From IMG/VR virus record IMGVR_UViG_3300020469_000030: 64,000 nucleotides of DNA; one strand, written 5' to 3'. The position numbers and the translations under genes are program-made. Below are positions 38,622-48,600 of this stretch, piece after piece. Under the pieces are notes generated by a model. The model was given only the letters and a program-made list of their open reading frames with translations. It was not told where the DNA came from and did no database searches. Numbering within the stretch: position 1 is the first letter of the stretch; each line of letters opens with the position of its first letter. The DNA comes from an uncultured virus (IMG/VR IMGVR_UViG_3300020469_000030). Lineage: Duplodnaviria; Heunggongvirae; Uroviricota; Caudoviricetes.

Positions 38622-39104
38622 TTAACCTGGAAATAGTTCGTTTTGATATCCTACAAAATCAGAAAAACGGTGTGGTGCAGCAAAATGTTCTGCGAATATA
38701 TTTTCAATGTTAGAAGATATTAGTCCGAACTCATAAGCTATATCAGCTTTGTCTACTATAGTCTGTGATTGAAATTCAGTACTACAAGGCTCACAATTGT
38801 TACCTATATACTCAAACCCACTCTGTGCTGCATAATTAGCAAACCCGGATTCACCAGAAAGTCCACCCACTATTGTAAAAATAAGTAAAACAGCTGCAAC
38901 TCCAGCTTCTACCATTACAGGGTCTTGACCTGGTGTTCTAGCTGAAAAAGGTGTTCCATCGTCACTTACAAAGTCATCATAATCACCACCTAAATCTGTC
39001 GTTTGATTGTAAACAAATGGGTGTCGATTTTCAACTTCACCTTTAATTCCGTTTATTGAAAGTGGTGGTTGTATACCTGCTTGAGAGAGAGGTCCTGGTA
39101 TCAT
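38622..39104 (-). CDS. Hypothetical protein
   Basis: 160-aa ORF following the S74 gene; ends APHRFSDFVGY. Confidence 0.55.
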   Translation of the reverse strand: MIPGPLSQAGIQPPLSINGIKGEVENRHPFVYNQTTDLGGDYDDFVSDDGTPFSARTPGQDPVMVEAGVAAVLLIFTIVGGLSGESGFANYAAQSGFEYIGNNCEPCSTEFQSQTIVDKADIAYEFGLISSNIENIFAEHFAAPHRFSDFVGYQNELFPG

Positions 39105-39105
39105 C

Positions 39106-39603
39106 TTAGACTCCTTGTTTTAATATTAATTTATCTATTTGTGTTTGCTGTGTCTTTATACATTCAATTAATAATGGAATTATTTTTTCATACCTAACAG
39201 ATTTAACACCGTCTACTTCACGTACAGCTTCAGGTATTACCTTTTCAATTTCTTGAGCTATTACACCTATATCTGTTTTTCCATTGCAGTGTTCCGGTGC
39301 CTTACCATTCCATGTAAATGAATTGCCAGATAGCATCATTATTTTATTTATTGGATCACTAATTAATTGAATATTATCTTTCAATTTTCTATCAGATGTA
39401 GAATATGCAATTACATCACCTGTACACTGTATTACATTAGTAGATTTATACCCGACGTTTAAATCACCGTTTATAGTGCATGCAGAGTCAGCTTTAAATC
39501 CTAATGGAAAGGTTGAACCTGCTAAAAATGATATTTTCTGGTTCTGATCTATTAGTAGCTTATAAGTACTATTTTCTGTTAATGGTGCTGTTTTATATGA
39601 CAT
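39106..39603 (-). CDS. Stand-alone peptidase S74 / intramolecular chaperone domain protein
   Basis: GDVIAYSTSDRKLKDNI, F.WN, DIGVIAQEIEKVIPEAV, VRYEKIIPLLIECIK followed by a coiled-coil tail. Confidence 0.85.
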   Translation of the reverse strand: MSYKTAPLTENSTYKLLIDQNQKISFLAGSTFPLGFKADSACTINGDLNVGYKSTNVIQCTGDVIAYSTSDRKLKDNIQLISDPINKIMMLSGNSFTWNGKAPEHCNGKTDIGVIAQEIEKVIPEAVREVDGVKSVRYEKIIPLLIECIKTQQTQIDKLILKQGV

Positions 39604-39616
39604 ATCTATCTCCGAT

Positions 39617-39626
39617 TATAAATATC
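39617..39626 (-). promoter_or_regulatory. Promoter-like motif GATATTTATA upstream of the S74 gene
   Basis: Minus strand reads GATATTTATA-ATC-GGAG-ATAGAT-ATG. Confidence 0.6.
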
Positions 39627-39636
39627 AAACTTATTA

Positions 39637-42600
39637 TTATCCACCTTCTTTCTCACCTATTGGTATACTTTGATCATAAAAAACGGAATCGTGTTGAATA
39701 CCAAACCCATATTTTTGGATACCTTGTGCAGCTGGTGTTGTATCTATAAAGAAATTACAACTTCTACCATTACCAACTTCAATTGTTACAGGTGAGCTTC
39801 CTTGAATATCTAATATTTCAGGTGGATATATAGTTCGAATTGCTCCTAATTTATAACTACCAGTTACTTTGTTTGCAATTGCACCAGCTGATGGGATACC
39901 GTAAGGTCCACCTGAATTTGGTCTATAATATATAAATTTATCTAACCAGTTTGTATGTTGACTTTTAGGAGAATATTTATCGATAGCTTGATGGTAAACT
40001 TCAGAACCATCTCCTAGAAAAGCTTGTGAATCTAAATATCGATAAGTGACCCCTGCTCCTCCTTGGTGGTTTATAGCGGCATTACCCATTCCTTCTGCAG
40101 TGTCGGCCACAGGACCGGCATTGAGCCACGGTCTTTGACCTTCTAAGATAACGGTATCGGATTTCATATTAACATCCAAAATAACATGACTGCACACCTC
40201 ACCACCTAATTCACCATTCATATAAATGTCAGTAACATGACATGGTACAAAATCATAAACATCGTGATCGTACACATCTATTATATCTATAGGCGCGCCT
40301 TCATCTTCCCCACCTTCATAGAAAAATAACCCAAAATAATCTTCATACGTACCAGGGTGTTGCATTATAGGAGAATGATAAAATTCAGGTGTATTAGCTT
40401 TAACTAATATAAGTTCTGATTTTAAGTAGTATAATGCATTATCTGCATTAATTGTTACAGTCTTTTGACGCATAGCATTTGCTACTGCATAACCACCGAA
40501 CTCAGCTCCATCGTTATTTAATAAGAATCCACTAGATGATATTTCAATTTCTCCTGCAGAACCGGAAATATAATGTGAGCCGAAATCACCTACAAAGAAG
40601 TTGTTAGCAAACAAATTAACTTTAGAACCACTCAATTCAAGTACTGCGTTTGTGTTATCCCATGATAATGATGTACCTGAACCAGAACCTAGATAGAAGT
40701 TACCTTTGTCATCTATAAATGTCCTGAAGTTGTCTATCGTTAATGTTCCTCCATCTGGTACATCTGTACCAACAGAACCCATAACATTTTCAGCATAAAT
40801 CATGGAATTTGCTGCGATTCCCCCTGTTGTATCAATTGCGGATATCGAGGCTGCTAGGAAATCAAAGTTTGGTCCTGGAGGTCCTGTTTCTCCTGGTTCT
40901 CCTTGTTCTCCGGGTGCACCATTAGCACCAGCAGGTGATTTTGTTATTGTTTGATGTAATTCAAAGGAAAAATCAGTACCGTTAGCTGTCTTACCTGTTA
41001 CGACAAACACTACTATATTAGTGTTAAAACTACCTATTGTTGGTCCATGATCACTAAATATTTGAAATGCGAAACCTGATGGGGAACCTGTAATCAAAGG
41101 TACTCCTGTAGTGAATCCTAATGTTATGGATGGACTAACCTCTACAAAAAATTCTCCAGGACCTGGTGTTGATGAATTTGTCGATATTAATGCTGTAGCC
41201 CCTTCATAAACGTTTACAGAAGTACCTGACCCTGCATAAGATAAAACAGTGCCAAGAGAACTAGCAGGTAATGTATGGGTAGGGTTTGATAATATACCTG
41301 ATACTGCAGAATTACCGTCAGCTAAGTGAAGTATTGTAACAGCATCAGAAATATCATAAGCATCAGCTGATGCTACACTTCTTGTATAAGTTATAGTTAC
41401 TGGTATGTCATCTATCTCATCATTATAGAGATATACAGTATCATATATTGACGCTTGATTTAATGGTACAGTTACACCACCTGCAGGGGAAGTTTTTAGT
41501 GTAACACCTGTCGTAGCTGTCCATTTACCAACACCATCATATAATCCGGAACCTTGAGCTGCTAATTGAATAACTTCAGGTGTTACACTACCATCTTGAG
41601 ATGTTACAAATGCAAGGGTTGATGCATTTAATATAAGGGATGATGCATCTGCTCCTGGAGCTCCTGATTCGCCTTGATCTCCTGGTTCACCTTGATCTCC
41701 TGGTTCTCCTTGCTCTCCGTCAGAACCATCTGTTGTTTTAGTTAATGACTGTATCTTTGTTATTGTAGAAGTACCTTCTAAATCGATCGTAAATTCATTA
41801 GAACCACTATTAGCAGTCATCCCTGTATAAGGTGGCTGTACAACATTATTACCACTTGTAGAAAGGCCTGTAGAAGTTAGGTTAGTTAGTGTACGTGATA
41901 CTTTAAATTGACCTGCACTAGCACCACCAGCTGATACCTTAGGTGTTAAATAATCACCACTCTTAAGAACAGCTATTGTAGTACCAGAGCCGGGAAAACT
42001 AACATTTCCGAAAGCGTCAGCAGGTACAACGTGTGAATCATTAGATAACACTATTGTGTAAGCATCTGTACCATCTGATCCGTCTGTTGTTACTGAGAAT
42101 GTTTGTTGTACAGATTGCGTAAATGCTACATTAGCGCTTGTTCTACCTTGTATTTCAAACAATAGAGAGCCACTCGTATCTGTTGCATTATTATGATCAT
42201 TAATTACAGCTCCAACTGGTGCATAATCAGGATCGTATACTATCCCTTGAAAAGAATCATGGTCTATATTTGTACTAGTAGTATTAATAATAGCCCATTG
42301 TCCTATGTTTGCAGCAAATGCTGAAGCAGGTGTATTGAAGAAACTAAGAGGTGTAGCACCTTCATATACATAAATTTCAGTACCTGAACCATCGTATCCT
42401 ATTACATCACCGTTAGCATCACCTGCGAAAGTATGGACAGGATTAGAAAGTGATACAACTATATTCGGTGAAGCATCTTTCGATTTTGTAAACGTTTGTG
42501 TTTTAATTATTGAAAACGCTGTTCCATTTTGAGATTGCCCTGTTATAGTATAGTTTATATCAGCTGTGTCACTATTTAGAGTATTGTGAAGGCCATAAAC

Positions 42601-45600
42601 AGCAAAATTTTGTCCATCAGTAGGAGAAGAAGGTGTTATACCATTGCCACTTGCAAGTACCTTAAATTTTCCTGGTGTTGTTCCTACAGCATCATGATCT
42701 AATTCTGTTGCACCTTCATATACTGCAACAGTTGTGCCTGAGCCATTGTAACCATCTTCAAGAACTGCTCCTGTAAAGTCACATGGTATAATGTGAGCAG
42801 GATTAGATAAAGTGGCAGAAATAACTCCTGAACCTGCATCTAGTTTAGTTATAGTTACAGTATCAGAAACACCATCACATGTAGCTGTTACGGCTACGGA
42901 TGTGTTTGCACCAAAAGCACCAGTAGTTAGAGATCGTGTATCACCTATACCAGTTAATCCAACAGTTGGTGAAGTTGTAAATACTGTCGCTCCTGTTGTA
43001 TTTTGTTTATTTGCAGTAAAAGTAATCGTGCCAGGAGTTACAGTTCCAGAAATATCTTGAGAAAATATATTAGAGTCAGCAGATAAAACAAGTGTCTTAG
43101 GCGATACTCCATCATCCCCATCTATAAGTTTGTTTAAGATAATTGAATCGCTTACACCATTTTTGTTAGCAGTTATTGTTAATGGTAAGTATGCAAATGA
43201 ATTACTTAAATTATTAGAGAACGAAATTGAACCTGAAATAGTTCCTGAACCATCGACAACGCTTGAACTGTTCCACGTAACAGCAGTTGAGAGAAAATCA
43301 TTGCCTTGTATACTATAAGTAGAACCTGCAAGTTCAAATGTAACAGATATATCATCGAAGTCAAGTGGCCCATCAAAATTCTGTTGTGTAATAAATACAG
43401 TTACAGAGTCAGGATCTGGAGTACTATCTGTTGGACCATCAAATTTATAAAATAAACTATCAGCTGTTACACTTAATAATTTTGCAGAAGTACCATCAAT
43501 ACCTTGTTGACCTTGGAGTGATTTAGCGAGGTTAAATTGTTTTGTTAGAGTAGTGCTACCACTAACAGCTGTTATAGGGATATTAAACTGAAAATCGGTT
43601 CTCGATACCTGTGTAACAGTAAATACATTATCACTAAAAGACCCTGTTAATCCTGATGATGCGGTGGTTGCTGTAAAGGTATATTCACTAGTTACATCTG
43701 TTAATCCTTGTAAAACACTCATACTTGTATGAGCCCCACCCACATCTGCAGTACCTGCAAGGTTAGCGACTAAATTAATTGATTCATTTGATAGAAATGC
43801 GTTTACAGCATCTTGACCGTCGTCACCACCTTCAATATAATTAATTGTAACAATATCAACTAAACCATCCAATACAACTGTTAATTTTAACGGAAAGTCT
43901 GATCTAGTTAATCCATACGTTGTATACCCTATATCACCTGTTACTCTACCTGTACCGTCAGTTACACTTGGTGAAAGGGTAGGATCACTTAATATAGTAT
44001 TTGCAACTGTGGCAAGTTTTATACTACTACCATCAACAGTGCTAGATAGATTTTGTTGATTAATTACAAAGCCAATTTTAGAATTTATCGGATTATTAGC
44101 TGCTGCTGTTTCAAATGCAAAAAACATTTGATCAAGAGTAACACTTAAAGTTTTTGCATTACTCCCGTCTAATCCGTTTGAACCGTCAGAGCCGGTTTGA
44201 CCTGGTTTCACAGATACTACATTAATTGTATCGAATGCAATTTCATTATTATCACCCTCTGCAACACTTGCTCTAAACTGTAACGAATCACTCTGAAATG
44301 AAGGTGGTGATGTTATCTCAACAGCACTTTCATTAGCAGTATAACCAACTGAGTGATCACTTTGATTTGTAAAGAACGCTCCACCACCAGTAAATTTAAA
44401 GAAACCAGTATCAAAATTAGTAGATGAAGCTGTTAAATGAAAATTAGCAGGTGATGGATTAGAACCATTTGCATCATATTGTATTACTAATGCATCACTT
44501 GATAATTGTACTGTTTTTGAATCAGCACCTGCAGCTCCAGGTTCACCTGCTGAGCCTGAAGCTCCTGTAGCTCCATCGCTAGCTAATGTGAAAGTTTGAA
44601 TTGTTGATAAATCTGTCGCAATATTTTCTGCGTTAATAAAGAATGTAATTTTTGCGCCTCGTTCAGCTTCTCCTGTTGCAGTTAATGAACTTGCATTTCC
44701 TAATGTAAGAATTCTGTTACTACTATTATAAGATGGTGTATCAGAAGTTATTTCATCATCAACAATAGATACTGTATATCTTCCTGAGCCTGGTGTACCG
44801 CTTGTTTGATATTGTAATTTTTCAGTCCCTTTATAAACCACAAGAGTGGTGCCTGAATTTGTATATATAATTGTGCTGTCTGCTTGACGCCCTAGTGTGT
44901 GAGAAGAATTATCTAATACAGCAGTATAATTGTCAGCACCAGGCTGCAGTCCAATTATGTTTATAGTGTCAAAAGACGAGTCAGCTGTTGTACTCTCTTG
45001 TGTATCAACACGCAATTCAATAGGTGTTGAAAATATACTACTAGGTGCACTTACTAAATACTGTCTACTATTAGCAGTATTGCCATCTACAAAAGACCCA
45101 TCACTTGAGTATGCTGTTGCATTATTACTTGTAAGTTTAAATTCAGCATCGTTATAATGAGTTGATGATGCTGTAACAGCTATAGTACTTGGTACAGGAT
45201 TGTTCCCGGTAGCGTCATATAGTATTGCTTGTGCATTAGATGTAAGTCTAACAGTCTTTGCACCAACACCTGCAGCACCATCTTGTCCTTGAAGGCCTTC
45301 TATAGCAAGAGAAAATATTTGATCTCTAGTTACCGTCAGGTTATCTTCTAGATTTAAAGTATATGTTACTTTAGCTGCTCCAATGCCTTGATAATCACTA
45401 TGATTTGCAATTGCAAATTTATGAGAACCACTAGTAATATTACCAAGCGCTATATTAGTTGGTGCACTAACAACACTAAACGAGCCACTACCAGCTTGAC
45501 CTGGTGATATACTGTTTAATTCTGCAGCGCCTTTAAATACTTGTATATCTGTTGCCGTGTTATCGTATGTTATTACACCGGAAGCAGAAGGTAACGTGGC

Positions 45601-48600
45601 TGTAGGGTTTGTAACAACTATTGTGTAAGCATCCGTACCAACTTTTGATTTTGTAATAGTCTGAGTTTTGGTTAATTCAAACGATGTACCATTTTGTGAT
45701 TTACCTGTTATAGTGTATGTTATTGTAAAGGTGTCAATATTATCTGCTGCAGAACCATGAATACCAATAACAACTGTTCCGTTACTAATAGTTATACTAC
45801 CTTCAGCTATATCAGAATTATTTTCTACAACAACTTTATATTGCCCTGCAACAGGCGTTCCTACAACACCAGTAAGTTTAGTGGCACCTTCAAAAACATT
45901 TATATCAGTTCCAGAACCATTATAAGATGATACAACACCATCATTAGAAGCTGGCAGTGAATGTAATTCATTTGATAGCACAGCTTGAACATTACCTGAA
46001 CCTTCATCTAATAAATTTAAAGTAATATTATCACTAACACTGCCCTGTGTATACGTAATAACCATACCGTCTGCAAAATGACTAGAACTTATTCTAGCAG
46101 ATGCTTTTGTGTAATCAGCTACATTACTTGATATTGTACCCCCAGAATTAGTCCATGAACCATTTGATGATAAGTTTTGAGTACTAGCACTCACTATTAA
46201 ATTATCTGGTGTTATTGTTCCGTCTTGACCTTTTATAAAGAAAGAAGGTATTGCGCTTAATATGATAGATTTTGCAGATGCACCATCTGAACCATCTTGC
46301 GTAACACTAAATGTTTGAGTTTTTGTTACCTCACTTGTACCTTCAATATTTATAGTAAACGTAATTAATGCTTGTGTTGCATCTATAGTATCTGCAGCAC
46401 TATATGCTATACTAGTACCACTAACAGAACCACTAACACTACTAGGACTTATACTTGAACCGGCAGCAGTAACACTAAACTGTCCTGTTGTAGGTGTACC
46501 ATTAATAATACCTTGAAGTGTACTTGCACCTTTCATAACGATTATATCTGTTGCAGATGTATCATAAGAGTAAACAGTTCCATCTGCGTTCTTAGGTATT
46601 GAAACTGTATCATTTGATACAAGAGTTGTATATGCTTCTGTACCTGCTTTTACTGCTGCTATTGTTATATTATCTGCTGCAATGGAAGTATTAGATGATG
46701 CAGCTTCTGCAGCACTTACAGTAATTTTTTGTGGTGTTGCAAAGAATGTTCCAGGTATAGTATAAGAAGCGGTATCATAAGTTGCAGCAACACCATCTGT
46801 ATGATTAGTATCATCAGTTACACCATTTCCGGTGAATTTAAAATAAGGATCAGTAAATCCTTGAGCAGATGCTGTTAGTTCTAATGTTCCGTTTGGTATA
46901 GGTGTGTTACCGTTTGCATCATACTGAATTATATATGTTGGTGAATCAAGAGATACTATTTTAGAATCAACACCTGCAGCACCAGCAGCACCTGTTTTAC
47001 TTTTAGTTAATGTTTGAGTTTGAGTGAGAGTAAAATCAGTGCCATTAAACGCTTTACCTGTTATTGTGTAAGTTATAACTTTTTGATCACTAGTTAAATT
47101 AGCATGTGGTGCAACGGTAGCAGTTGTAGTACTGTTACCAGTAATACCACCTTCATCTATACCAGTAGGATTACCATCATCTATAGAATATTCACCTGAA
47201 CCGGGAGTACCTGTAGTAAATGTTAGTAAATCAGCACCTTCAAAGACTTGTATTGTAGTACCTGAACCAGCATAATCTGATACATCACCAGCATTATTTG
47301 CTGGTAGATTGTGAGCAGGGTTAGATAAAACAGCGTTTATAGCATTTGAACCTTCGTCAATTTTAAATATAGTAACAGAGTCTGAAATGCTGTCAGCTGT
47401 GGCAGTGATAGTAACAGAATCATTGCCTGCGAAATCTGCTTTACGTAAATATACTGTATCATGACCAGCTGTATTAGTACCACCGCTAGTAGGATGATCG
47501 TATAGAGTTACTGTAGGGCTCGTAGCCCAAGTGGTATTAGAACCAGCACCACTTATATTTTGTTTATTAGATGTTAATGTTATTACATCTGGTGTTACAT
47601 TTCCTGATTGTGAAGTTATAAATAATTGTGAATCAGCAGTTAATGTTAAAGTTTTAGCGTTTGCACCATCATTACCTGGCAATCCTTGATTAGATGTTGT
47701 TATTGATTGAGTTTTTGATAATGTGAAAACTGTACCACCAACATCTTTACCGGCTATATTTATAACAATATTACCACTGCTTGAACTTGGTGTTTTTCCA
47801 GTAAGTTTTGCTAATACTAAATCTTTTCCTGAAGTGGATAATCCACCTGCTGTAATGTTTGTAGCTACTAAAGATGCGCTAAATTCACCATCACCAGGAT
47901 CAGTTGTTTTAGCAGTTAATTGATCTAAACCTTGGAATACAGAAATATTAGTTCCTGAACCATCGAAGTTGGTTACTGTACCTGATTGATTGCCAGCTAA
48001 AGTGTGTGATTCATTAGTTAACATTGCAACAATAGGTGGTCCACCTGCTATAGATTTTGCTAGTGATTGTGATACTGTTTGTGTAAATGCTGTTCCATTT
48101 TGCGTCTTACCAGTTATAGTATAACCAATTTGTAAACTATCAACTGCTAATGCTCCGTGATTACCAACAAGAGCATATATACCAGCGTCTACAATAGTAC
48201 CTGCTGTAATATTACTAGGAGAGTTATCTGCTACAGTCCATGTACCATCACTTGTACCAGAACCATTGTAAGATAACTCCGTAGCACCTTCAAATACTCT
48301 TATCTCTGTTCCTGAACCTTCGTAACTTAATACAGAACCTGTGAAGTCGGCTTGTAAAGTGTGGGATGGGTTTGATAATAAACCTTGAATATTCCCAGCA
48401 CCTTCATCTATTAAAACAATACTAAAAGCATCACTAACAGTATTAGAGTCTGCTGATGCAATAACTGTTGTTGGTGATGCTTCATTAAAGTGCCCTGATG
48501 TTATATGTCTCTCATTACCTGTACCTGTTATTGTTATACTACCACCTCCACCTGTAGCTGTAAACGTAGCTGTAGCGTCTGATGTATGTTGAAGGCTTGC

